A stretch of DNA of 64,000 bases from Felis catus (Eukaryota), in NCBI RefSeq assembly GCF_018350175.1, contig NC_058368.1, positions 93,684,001-93,748,000 on the forward strand, in the 5' to 3' direction. Shown in pieces: positions 29,497-41,399 of this stretch (position 1 is the stretch's first letter; every line of letters begins with the position of its first letter). The notes below the pieces were generated by a model. It was not told the DNA's origin, ran no database searches, and saw only the letters and a program-made list of their open reading frames with translations. A program made the translations under genes and the position numbers.

Positions 29497-29579
29497 GAAT
29501 GTAGCAGTATTTAATGAACATGACAAAGACCAAACCTTCTAGAGCACAGTTTACATCAACACAGAGCACAGGTTTCTCA

Positions 29580-29810
<231 letters not shown>

Positions 29811-30374
29811 TCAAACTTCAAACTAGATACACAGGAAAACAGTATAAAATGGCTGGAGGAAAAAAAAAATAGTGGTTACAGAATTCTAGAAGACAGTCAG
29901 ATACGAGTAAATTTAGAAGACAATTAATTACACCTTTAAAATAACCACAAAGCACTGAAGTCTTTAATATTAATTTGAAGAAACAGAAAATGACTGAAAA
30001 TAATATGTAGCTGTAAGAAATACTCTACTTATGAAAAACAAAAGACTTGGGAGGGTAAGGAACGTGTTCAAAATTACACGGTTTAATGGAAGGGCTGAAA
30101 CTCAAACCTAGGACAACTCCTCCCTGTCCAGGTCTCTGTCACCCAAGTCTGATTTAATTCCTCTGAAGATGGCCCAATGCTCATGAACCGTGGTGCCACT
30201 TGCCTGAGACTACGGACTAATTATGACATGTAGCACAGACAAGCTAGAAGCGGATATGCAGAAAGACCTACTCAGCTTAAAAAATTTAAGGAAGGAAAGT
30301 CTGAGTGAGGGTGCTGGGGGCGGGGTGAGGAGAAAAGCCTATCAGGAAAGACATGCACAGTGAGTCCCATTCAC

Positions 30375-30836
30375 TGTGGTAGATTGAAGGACGCACCCCA
30401 AAGAGAGACACGTCCAGGCCCTAATGCCTGGACCACGTCAATGTTACCTCCTATGGCAAGAAGGACTTTGCAAATGTGATCACAGATCTCTCGTTGGAGG
30501 GACTGTCTTGGACTATCTAGGAGGGCCCTAAATGCAACCACAGTGTCCTTATGAAGCGGGGCAGAGGGAGATTAAACTACAGAGGAGGCGCTGTGACTAT
30601 GGACTGACTTGGCAACACAGCGGGGACACCGGCAGCCACTAGAAGCTAGCAGAAGCAAAGGAAGAGATTCTCCCTTGGTGCCTCCAGAAAGAACCAGCCC
30701 TGTCAACATCTTGATTTTAGCCCTATAAAGTGCAGTTCAGACTTGTCTTCCAGAACTGTAAGAGAATACATTTGTGTTGTTTTATACCCCTAATTTTGAG
30801 GCAAAAATGTTACAGCAGCAACAGGAAACCAATACA
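30375..30836 (+). mobile_element. MLT1-type MaLR solo LTR
   Basis: TG...CA termini (tgtggtag ... gttacagcagcaacaggaaaccaataca) and characteristic internal motifs (cttccagaactgtaagagaatacatttgtgttg). Confidence 0.85.
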
Positions 30837-33800
30837 CTTGGAAAGGTGATTCCTTTCCTTTGGAATTGAAAAGTCAGTCTTTTTCCACAAAGGAAAAGAA
30901 ACAACTTTGCACTGGCACTATCTGCTGTCAAGTCCAAACAATATGAAAATACTTATATTTCCAATTTATCACGACTTCAGCTAGTGATAAATTTCAGCAA
31001 TATACATGGATGCTTTCTAATATACTTCATCCTTCCCTTTTCCTTTCCCTTTCCTTTCCTTTCCTCCTTCAACTTTCCTTTTGCTGTTACAATGCTTGCA
31101 TGCATTCTCTGGCAAAGGAAAGTGCGCATTCCCTCTAGAAAACTCAGGGCAGCCATCACATTAAAAAAAAGTCACTGTCAGGGTGCCTGGGTGGCTCAGT
31201 CGTTAAGCATCTGACTTCAGCTCAGGTCATGATCTCATGGTGAGATCGAGCCCCACTTTGGGTGAACTCGAGCCCTGCTTCGGGTGAGGCCCATTTCTCT
31301 CTCTCTCTCTCACTCTTTCTCTCTCAACCACCACCCCCCCCACCTCAGCCCCTCACTCACCTGTGCCTTCTCTCTCAATAAAATAAAACAATAATACTAT
31401 TTAATCTTCAGAATTTTTTCCAGTGACTTGAGAGATCTATGTTAGTCATGAATGAATTAGAAAAATAAAACAAATTTATAATAACCTTTTAGAATAATTC
31501 CTATTAAGCAACTAATTTTATTGCCTCTTTAGTAACCTACCAATTTCAATTTCTCTTTCATGACAACCTGGCCACGACTTCAGGTATCATTACATCATTA
31601 AAAATAAAGTCTCCAAAAGATAACAAATATTCATTAACTACAAAAAAGTAAGGGGGCCTGGCTGGCTCAGTCAGAGGAACACGTGACTCTTCATCTCAGG
31701 GTCCTGAGTTCAAGCCCCACGGTGGGTGGAGAGATTACTTAAATAAAATTTTAAAAACAAAGCCAAAAGAAAACAAAACAAAAAACTACCAAAAGTAAAA
31801 AGAGGCACTTAACTGTTACTCTCCAAATTACTTGTTAGGATTCTTTAAAAGCAAACTGGCACAATTCAAAGTAAAAATACTCTTTACTTTGCCCAATCAC
31901 CAGTTTTGCACAATGATAGCTTCTTAAGTAAGTCTGAGCTCTGAGTAGCCAAAAACACTTACTACAAAGTCTATGCTTTAAGCTAAAATTCATTTACCAA
32001 CATTTACCCCTGAGAGGTTCTTGTTTTACACAAAATTCTAAAAAAGTATTTCTAAAACCTGGATTAAAAGTATTATGTTAGAAGAGTATTAGAGGCAGAT
32101 ATAAACACAGCAAGAAAAGTCAGATAACATCTCAGTAAGTCAATTAAGAAACACCATAAAAAAGTAGGCACAGGAACTCCTATTTTTTTAAGTTTATTTA
32201 TTTATTTTGAGGGGGGCGAGAGAAAGAAGGAGGGAGAGAGACAGAGAGAGAGAATCCCACGCTGACAGCACAGAGCCTGACACAGGGCTCTAACCCATAA
32301 ATTGTGAGATCATGACCTGAGCGGAAACCAAGAGTCAGACACTTAACCAAATGAGCTACCCAGGTGCCCCAGAAACTCTTTTTTCTCTCAGGATTCATGA
32401 TATAAAAGTAATAGGCCAGAAAAGCTAATATGATTCCATGAGTCTTCCAAAATATTTCTACTTAATCCAGAAGAGAAATAGTCAACTCTCTGACATAATT
32501 TCCTAAATTACTTATATATTTATTTATATATTCTATATATTCATATATTTGTTTATATAATAATTATTATTTATTTATCCCCCAAAGAGCTAAATAAGGT
32601 TATGTCAATGACCCTACAAGCTTCAAAAAATTTCAAGAATATTACATCGTTAAAGTATAACACAAAATTGCTTCTCATAATAATTATCTGAATTCAAGAA
32701 AAGGTTAAGTTGTGTTCATTATGCCTTGGTAAAATACCCTTCTTTACCGAAGGCTATTATGGCAAGAGATATTAACACACACGCAAAGAGAAAGATCAAA
32801 ACCGCTGAGTTTGCCACCTGAAGCGCGACACTTCAGCCACATGGATAGTTACCATGTGCAGAATGCTGTAGTCACAAGACATCACAGATGGAAGGGACCA
32901 CCGAGGTCGCGTCTCTCTAACAATCTACCTCAGTTCTCCCAGGGGCAGGGTGAAGGAGGTATTCCTGACTCTAGTCCTGGATGCTAGGACTTACCTACAG
33001 TTTAACAGTATAACAGGTGTAAGTTAACTAAATGCTCCCATAAGGTGTTAAAACCCAATTTTAAGCATTCTCTTAGTATTTATTTGCATGTACCAAATTA
33101 TCTGAAGGAATCCACGTACTCTGAAATACATAATTTAAGATGGTTAACAATAACACAGCTAGGAATAAAATGGTACATAAATAACAGTAACTATACCATT
33201 TTATACTTAAACACCTGGAAAAGGTAAAGTGAGGAAAACTCAAGGGAACTGAATGCTTAGGTGAAATTAGGCCCAAAAGTTGAGTATTTCTCTTTTGGAT
33301 TAAGGAGTAGAGATGTTCTCGAAGACTCATGGAATCACATCAACTTATCTGACCTATTACTTTTATATTATGAATCCTGAGAGAAAAAAACAGCTTTAAT
33401 CCTAGCAAAGCAAGAAAACCCAGTTCTTCCAGACACAAGAGCATTTTACCCTACAACTGTACTAGCGCATAAGCCACTCACTCACTAGGATAAGAAGGGA
33501 TCGTCATATCTGATGGTCACAGCCTAGAAGGATATCATGTGCCTGTGTTGTCTGCAGGACGAACGGGCTCTCGGCAGCAGCGGGAGAAAAGCAGATGAGC
33601 CACGGCACAGGTACACAGCCCAGACTCGGCCTCCCCAGCTTCAGGACGCAGAGAAGGACGGAGCACAACCAATTCAAATACTTACTGGACAACCACAACG
33701 TATGAGGGCAAGCGGAGTCAGACACGAATGAGACATCTGGCACAGAAGACAAGGCACATGCGAAAATGGTATGAGCCAGGTGTTACAAGGAACACAGAAA

Positions 33801-34322
33801 AGGGAGCAGCTGCTCGGGGCTGGGCGATGAGATACCACGGACAGCCTTACACAGGGAATGGAACAAGGCACAGGAAGACAGGCAAAACTCTGGAGGTTTC
33901 AGGGGAAGGGAAAAGAGGAGCAGCAGGTGGAGGAAAACACTTCAGGCAAACGACGGACAGTATTCGCCAAGCCCGGAGGTGAAAGGGCATGTGAGGACAT
34001 TTGGGGAATATGTGTTCTCTGCAGCCTGGAATGCACGGCAGGGGTCACTCACGAGCGGTCTACAAAGCTAGGCTGGAAAGGGGCATGGAGAACTAAAATG
34101 AGGGCACGAAGTCACTGCTGAGAAGCACCTGGGTGACTCAGTCGGTTGGGCAGCGAACTCTTGGGACTCTTGATTTCGGCTCAGCTCATGGTCTCCAGAT
34201 TGATGGGATCAAGCCCCACGTCAGGCTCTGCGCTGACAGTGTGGAGCCTGCTTGAGATTCTCTCTCTCCCTGACTCTCTGACCCTCCCGTTTGTGCTCTA
34301 TCAAAATAAATTAAAAAACATT

Positions 34323-34326
34323 AAAA

Positions 34327-34382
<56 letters not shown>

Positions 34383-34547
34383 GAATAATGAAAGAAAGAG
34401 AAGAAAGGAAAGGAAAGGAAAGGAAAGGAAAGGAAAGGAAAGGAAAGGAAAGGAAAGGAAAGGAAAGGAAAAGAGAAAAGAAAAGAAAAGAAAAGAAAAG
34501 AAAAGAAAAGAAAAGAAAAGAAAAGAAAAGAAAAGAAAAGAAAAGAA

Positions 34548-34611
<64 letters not shown>

Positions 34612-34628
34612 AAAAAGAAAAAGAAAGA
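34323..34628 (+). repeat. Compound (GAAA)n-(GGAAA)n-(GAAAA)n-(GAAA)n microsatellite, about 300 bp
   Basis: Read directly. Confidence 0.97.
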
Positions 34629-34726
34629 CACTGCTGAGCAAGCACAGGGTTTCATCTGGGCTGACACGTACCAGATACATGAGCCTACTAGGTTAAGTCA
34701 CACTCAGTAAAATGACAATGGCTACT

Positions 34727-35278
34727 GCGATGGTTTGGTATCATGTCAACTTGGCTAAGCCAGGATTCTGCTTCCCAGAATCCCCTTCCCTATCCGGTCT
34801 GGAGTCTGAGAAATCTGGGTAAGATGTGTGAGAAGGAAAAGAAGCAGCAGCCACTATCCTGGCTGGGGGTTCAGGGAGGCGGGGGACAAAGGCAGAGGTG
34901 CTGGGAGGTTTCAACTCGGCCCCCCGCCCCCGCCCCCCCCCCATCCCCCAAATATTCAGAAAGTGAGTCCGCTTTACTCCCTGCCCTGGGGACCCGAGGC
35001 CCATAGCCAGATGCCGGAGCAGCAGCCCCCACTGGAGCCCACTAACACAGTCCTGTTCGGGCAGCTCCATGTGGCTTTCCAGATTCTCCAGCCAGGTCTC
35101 ATGGTCCACCTGGGCCAGGGCTTCAAGAGGGCTTGTCAGTGACTTTTCTCCGACAAATCGACTTCCCCTTTTAGGCCTTACTTCTCCATCCTCTTCCAAA
35201 ACTGTGTGTAACCTTATTCCTACAATAAATCCCTATCCTCTACTACTCACGGTGGTTTTGCTTCTCTGATCGCATACA
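34727..35278 (+). mobile_element. ERVL-class solo LTR
   Basis: tgcgatggtt..tgtcaacttggctaag start, aataaatccc poly(A) signal, and ..gcttctctgatcgcataca end, as in ERVL-type LTRs. Confidence 0.6.
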
Positions 35279-35734
35279 AAGATTCCCACTCTCAGACGGC
35301 TGGTGTGAGGATTAAAGAGACTAAATGGTAGCTGGCACAGAGCAGCTGCTCAATAATAACTTCCTGTCCTTCCACTCTGTAGATCAAGGATTATAAACTA
35401 TGGGGGAAAACTGGTATAAATGCAAATAAAAAAACAGAACAGCAAAATAAAATACAACATGAGATCATATGTCCCAAATTCTGGATATCTGGCTCATACG
35501 GACAGAAAAACCAGCAGATCTGGTAGGAGCTGTTCTGCATTCCTGAATAGCAAATACACGCTTGGGTGAAAGAAGAAAACCATGTTTTAAAAGTGTGCAA
35601 CTTGAGATGAAGTGCTCTGAAGGGAGAGGTGCCTGGCAGGCAAGTGGAAGGGAGCTTGTATGTCCAAAGCAACAGTACAGATCTGGAGAGAGAGTGCTGG
35701 GAGCCGTAGCACAGGGATGATTAATAAAGAACCA

Positions 35735-36535
35735 ACCATTAGTTCATCCAAGTGTGTGCCACACTTATACGTGTGGGGGATAAGGAGTGACTAAAAGAGG
35801 CAAAGATCTCTGTTCTCAGGTGGGGACAGAGAGACAATGAACAAACCGATAAAATATAATTCACAGAAAAACAGACAAGGGGATAGGGAGCAGAGCATGT
35901 GCATATGATGTGGGTGATTTGCAATCTCAAAAATGATCATTAAAAGCAAATCATCTGAGCCAAGACTTGAGGGATATGAAACAAAGCCAAACGTAAGCTC
36001 GAGGTGAGGGTGGAGAACACAGAACAGCAAGTACAAGAAAGAACAACCTGGAGATTCAGAAAGATGAATGGCTCAAAGGGAAGAAGAAAGGTGGGTCGAG
36101 GTACGGGTGAGAGAGGAAGACACAAACACAGTGAAGGAGCCAGAGACAGCCTGTGAGGAAGCCAGGCACTTGGAGCGTATGCTTCCAGAAAGGAGGGGAG
36201 AGGCTGACAGCTCCCGGGGCTTCAACAAACAAGGTGAGGAGTGAGAAGGTGACAACGGTTTGAAATGTCAACCACTCAAGACTTTAAATGAGAAACTTCC
36301 AAAGTTGCTGAAGGCTTACACAGAAGGTTGAAGAACAAGCCCCTCGTGTAGAAAGGTGAATAGTGTATTTGGACTGCTAGTCTAAAAAGATTAACAGAAA
36401 GAAGAAGGGAGAAGATAAAGACAAGAAGGGCGGCCAAACTGTAGGCTGACTTCTGAGGAAGAGTTTTTGCAGCGCAGAGAAGGAATGGAAAGCAGGGAAG
36501 GAAAGCCACAGCCACCACCTAACCTCACGGCACAC
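35735..36535 (-). mobile_element. LINE-2 fragment
   Basis: Purine-rich sequence with the reverse L2 3'-end pattern (ggggataaggagtgactaaaagaggcaaagatctctgttctc..gagacaatgaacaaac). Similar short L2 pieces at about 125-320, 2140-2400 and 33600-34110. Confidence 0.55.
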
Positions 36536-36556
36536 CAAGAACACGGTAATACCTGA

Positions 36557-36942
36557 CCTGTGTAGGCGCGCTGTGTAGGATCACTATACAGGCTCATTGT
36601 ATAGGATCACTGTGGTAGACACACTGTGTAGACGCACGGTGGTAGACTATGTAGGCACACTGTGTAGGTTCACTGCATAGATGCACTGTGCAGACACATT
36701 GTAGACGCATTATGGCAGACTGCAGGTGCACTGCATAGACACAGTGTAGTCTCACTGTTTAGACACACTGTGTAGATGCACTGTGTAAACTCACTGTGGT
36801 AGACTGTGTGGGTACACTGTGGTAGACTCACTGTGTAGGCACCGTGTAGACACACTGTGTAGACACAATGTGGTAGGCTCACTGCGTAGACACACTGTGT
36901 AGGTGCACTATGTAGACACACTGTTGTAGGCTGACTGTGGTG
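36557..36942 (+). repeat. Degenerate minisatellite, about 13-bp unit CACTGTGTAGACA, roughly 30 copies
   Basis: Recurrent cactgtgtaga / cactgtggtaga / cactgtgtagg units. Confidence 0.9.
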
Positions 36943-39015
36943 CCCTAAGAGGGGCTCCTGGTCAAAGGCCATCTTGCTGGAGATTCCAGACACACAGCTC
37001 TGCTCAGCTGTCCCAAAGGTGGAGGGAGCAGCATCCCGGCATACCTGGAGCCCACTCACAGGACACCAACACACTGTGGCACTCTGAGTGGGACGCCCTC
37101 CTCCAGGGCTTTGGGTCTTCAACCCAAAACTTTAGAGAGAAAAGAAAGATGTAAGCTTTCTGGCTGGAACCACGGTCCATGACTGATGATCTTGATGGGC
37201 GTAATCCTATTCAAGTCACACAGACTTAAAATCACGCCTAGCGTGACTCGGCAAGATTTTTTCCTGACAGGATCTGTCAAAGAGTATCATGTCTGAGTGG
37301 CCCTCGGTTTCCTGTCCCGGCGAATGCAATCCCAATTGCCCGGGAACAACAGCGTCTGTTCCACAGTCTCCCCTACTGGTAACGACTCCCCTCAGCCAGA
37401 GTGCCCGTTAACACCCTCTACAACAGCGAGCACGAGACCTTCTCTTCTGGGAAATTCGCAGACACCAGACTTCCCCTTTGCACAAGTACAGGTACACATC
37501 CCTCCTCACCAAGTGGTGGTGACCAGTGACAGAAAGACTATGGCGGCTTGCCGCAGCCCCGATCTCACACAGACTCAGGCACACATGGAATCATGGCGTC
37601 CCAACTACAGGATGGCTTCAGAGGAAACGCTGACACAGTCCGCTACATACCCCTTAGCGATACACACTTTACAAATACCTACATCGAAGGAGGGAGTGAA
37701 GATGCGTGACAGGGAGGAGAGACCTGCGAGGACAAGGTCCCCGGGGAAATCCAAAGATTCAGGGCCAGAGAGTGTATGTAAAAAGTGTCCTTTTATAAAA
37801 CGTGTTTTATAGTTTACAAACCACTTTCCCCCTTATCTCTCGGAATCCTAACAACAATCTTAAAGTTAAAGAAAGATCCAATTATTTCCAGTTTGTCAGA
37901 GAGATTGAGGAGCCAGGTCCCATTGCGGGTACCAGGGCTGAGACCCATTCTCACTGCTCTGCCATGCTGCAGGCACAGACAGGTTGCAGTAATAAAGAGG
38001 AAACCTAAGGAGTTCACTCAGAGAGCCTCCTTGATCTAGGCTCTCTCTCTCCCTCTTTTTTTTTTTTCCATGTTTATTTATTTTTGAGAGAGACAGAGAC
38101 AGAGTGCGAGTGGGTTGTGGCAGAGAGAGAGGGAGGCACAAAATCCGAGGCAGGCTCCAGGCTCCGAGTTGTCAGCATAGAACCTGACGCGGGGCCCGAA
38201 CCCACGAAGTGCGAGATCATGACCTGAGTCGAAGTCAGATGCTCAACCAACTGAGCCACCCAGGCACCCCTAGGCTCTCTCTTTTTAAAAAAAAAAAGAG
38301 CATGGCTGGGGCGCCTGGCTGCTCCCATAGTGGAGTGTGCGACTTTGATCTCGGGGTTGTGAGTTCGATCCCCACACTTGGAGGTAGAGATTACCCAAAA
38401 ATAAATCTTTTAAAAAGAAGAAATTTAAAGAGCATGTCAGTTTATTTACTCCTACATGCGAATAGTCAATTTGAAAGACATCAGGCTACTGATGTGCTGA
38501 CAAATGAAGTGCATTATCTCCCTGTATTCTAGTTCCGCCCAAAGTGGGGAAAATGGGGAAAGGAGAAATTGTATCAATGCACATACTCTATGCAGCAAAA
38601 CGTTTTCTGACTATGACTAAAGACTATTAGATTAAAAATGTTCCTTTCTTCACAAATTCATGCCTAACAATTCTGCATCGAGCCCTTTAGCATTATGCCA
38701 AACAAGAAAACTTGGTGTTTTCTAGTGCTAGCTTGAGAAATCACCCCAGGATATTTTCATGCAGCTAACACTCAAATAGGTAAATAGAAAACATTACTAG
38801 AAAAGTATGAATATCCCGTCTGAATAATCTCTGATTACTGACCAAGGAGCGGTTCAAACTGGCACAAGTTGTCAAAAGAAAGGAGTAGGAAAGAAGACAG
38901 CCAGGCCGTGCCACAGGCTGACACAAACTTCTGGGGGCCTCAATGTCGAAGACACCATGATGTTATTTAAAGGGACAAAAGAAACTACACGTTCATTTAT
39001 GTTAAGATGTCTTAC

Positions 39016-39061
39016 CATGAGATTCAAGTCCAGCTCCCTGTGCCAGCCCATTGTCATAGGA
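39016..39061 (-). CDS. PGGT1B: PGGT1B coding exon 6 (46 nt; SYDNGLAQGAGLESH(G))
   Basis: Manual translation. Acceptor tttttcag|TCC, donor ATG|gtaaga. Restores the frame between exons 5 and 7. Confidence 0.95.
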
Positions 39062-39764
39062 CTGAAAAAGAAAAACATCGTTCAGTTTAATAGGGAAAGG
39101 ATAAAAAATAAGTAAGTCCTCATGCTAATTTTTTGTTTCTTGATCCACTTTTATTTCTCCCTTATATCTTCTAAAATACTCACTCTTTCCTACAAAGGGG
39201 TAGTTCGAGCATTTTCAAGTACCTGATCTTATCCACCAAGTGAAATCACTAAATGCACACAGTTTGCACATTCTGAGATAGATTGTTCAGATAGCATCTA
39301 TAGATTTGATTTCTACCAATAAAAAGACCCAAGCCTTACTCTTTTCCTATTGCAAGAATATACAAGTTTAAGGAAAATGGAGACTCTATACTCATAAAAT
39401 ATTATAAACATGAAACAAGTCTATTTTGAGACTTTTGGGCAGCCAAGGATCACAGTGCCTGCCTACCTTTGGATCTCCTCATACATCCTGCAAAATCAAA
39501 ATAGAACAACAATGCAACTATATAAAACTGAAACCTTAGAGAAGCTGGAAGACACACGAAGCTATAAATTACCTGCCTGTAGAAAAAGAAACGTCAAATC
39601 CCAGCAAGCTGCCTCTCACATCCCGCCACCTTTCTGCAGAGAGTGAGGGAAGTGTACGGAAAATCGTGAGGAAGGGAGTGGCAGGGAGCCAATGGGAGGC
39701 CTGAGACTCATCTAAAATTACTGCCAAAAGGAGAAGGTCCACCCTAGGCTGGCGAAGGACAGGC

Positions 39765-40680
39765 AGTCTTTGCTTTGTGCAGATCTGATATTACGAAGTC
39801 TGGGTACCATAACTTAAACAACACGATACGGATTCAAATGTCAGTCCCCACGGTGTATTAACTGTGGGCAACTGCGCGGAGTACAAACTTGATGCTAGCA
39901 CCTCAGCTCACAAATCGCTACGTGAATAACAGATGTGCATCACAATCAGTAACCAATCCAGTCCTCTTTTTCAAAGTCTGTTAGTCACGGGTCACTGCGC
40001 TTATTATTCAGTTCATGCACGGACAGCAAAGCGTAGGGGTGCGTTGTCTCTTTGTCTTAGTAATAAACCCACATGACGTTTTCCAAAAACAGAACCAGAA
40101 GAACAGACTGGCCACCAAAGATAAAAGTGCAGTAAAGAAACGAAAAGCAGTACCACTAGAAGTGAAAATGAGATCAAACACGGAGTTTAGAAATAGCTGA
40201 TCATAAGAATATGGACAGCACCACTGTCTGAGACCAGATACGACGTCAGAAGAGTAAGTGAAGGCAGAGCATCTAAGTGGGGACAATGGCCATGATGACA
40301 AGGATGGAGACATTCTAGAGAAGGGATGCTGGCAAAAAACTTCACAGGAAAGGAATCCTTCAAGTTATTTCACAACAATGACACCACAAAGGATAAAAGG
40401 TTGGATGCTGCTACAAACCTAGGAAGGAGTCTAATCATTTACCATGACAGAAAAGATGTTTACCCCGTATCGTAAGTTACACAACAAAACCAAGGAAACA
40501 CCGTTCAAACTACTCCCTCTCCCTCCTCTCTCTCCCTCTATACATATACTTTTTTTTTCCCCAAACACTTTAACTCTCACTATTTCTAATGTTTTAAATT
40601 ACAATGTACTAAAACTGGTTTCACCACTTAAAAAAATTCTCTGTACATCTGTAACTGCTAGAGAGTTTGACATTGTGGCA
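39765..40680 (+). mobile_element. Ancient Tigger-family non-autonomous element
   Basis: Resembles remembered Tigger-derivative consensus. Encodes a transposase N-terminus-like peptide (KDKSAVKKRKAVPLEVK, ORF 40015..40200). Boundaries approximate. Confidence 0.55.
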
Positions 40681-41180
40681 ACAAGTTGGTACGGGTCACA
40701 GAGCAGTGCTGATTCCTTCCTGCCCCCCCATGACTTAGATCACTGTCCTCACTTCAGCTGAAGTGACAGTGACAGTCTCTGTCACAGTCTCTGTCACAGT
40801 CTGGCTCCACCATGCAAAGCGAGCGCTGCCTGGACGGCCTAAGTTCTGGCAGAACAGAGCCCTGACTGCTGGAAAGGACCTCAGAGTCTACAGCACTCAC
40901 AGGGCATGACTTTGGTAAATCAAGTTAACAAGGAAGGGAGACAGGCCCTCTGCAGATCAGGTAATAAAGGATGCTCAAAGGAGCAACATTAAGAGACCCT
41001 GAGAAACAAGAGAAACAACCTCTCTCCTACCAGAAAATCATGAACACACAACACTTTCCCCAGCATGAAAAAGACAAACACAAAACCACCACAAAATCAA
41101 ACTCCACAAAAACTCATGAAAGAAGTCACACTTGGTTGATTGAAAAGAGTGCACTCTGGGTTTTTAAAAAATACTTATTT

Positions 41181-41222
<42 letters not shown>

Positions 41223-41399
41223 AGCAAGGGGCAGAGAGAGAGGGAGAAAGAAATTCCAAGCAGGCTCGGCACTGTCAGCACAGAGCCCGGTGTGGGGCTC
41301 AATCTCACCCAACTGTGAGTTCATAACCTAAGCCCAAACCGAGTTGGAAACTTTACCAACTGAACCACTCAGGCACCCCAAGAGTACACTCAAATAGGG

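Noticed and set aside
34301..34696. Phe/Ser- and Lys/Arg/Glu-rich ORFs of 102-119 aa
   Set aside because: They are translations of the compound microsatellite.
36557..36942. CRISPR-like array or Cys-rich protein (ORF 36670..37122)
   Set aside because: Eukaryotic intron, head-to-tail degenerate units without spacers; the ORF is a repeat artefact.
37160..37300. Box C/D snoRNA-like motifs (TGATGA ... CTGA)
   Set aside because: On the strand opposite the host gene, with no convincing terminal stem; short motifs occur by chance.
37297..37812. Longest ORF in the window (171 aa, + strand)
   Set aside because: Starts at GTG, shows no recognisable domain or splice context, and is antisense within a PGGT1B intron; length is compatible with chance in a GC-richer patch.
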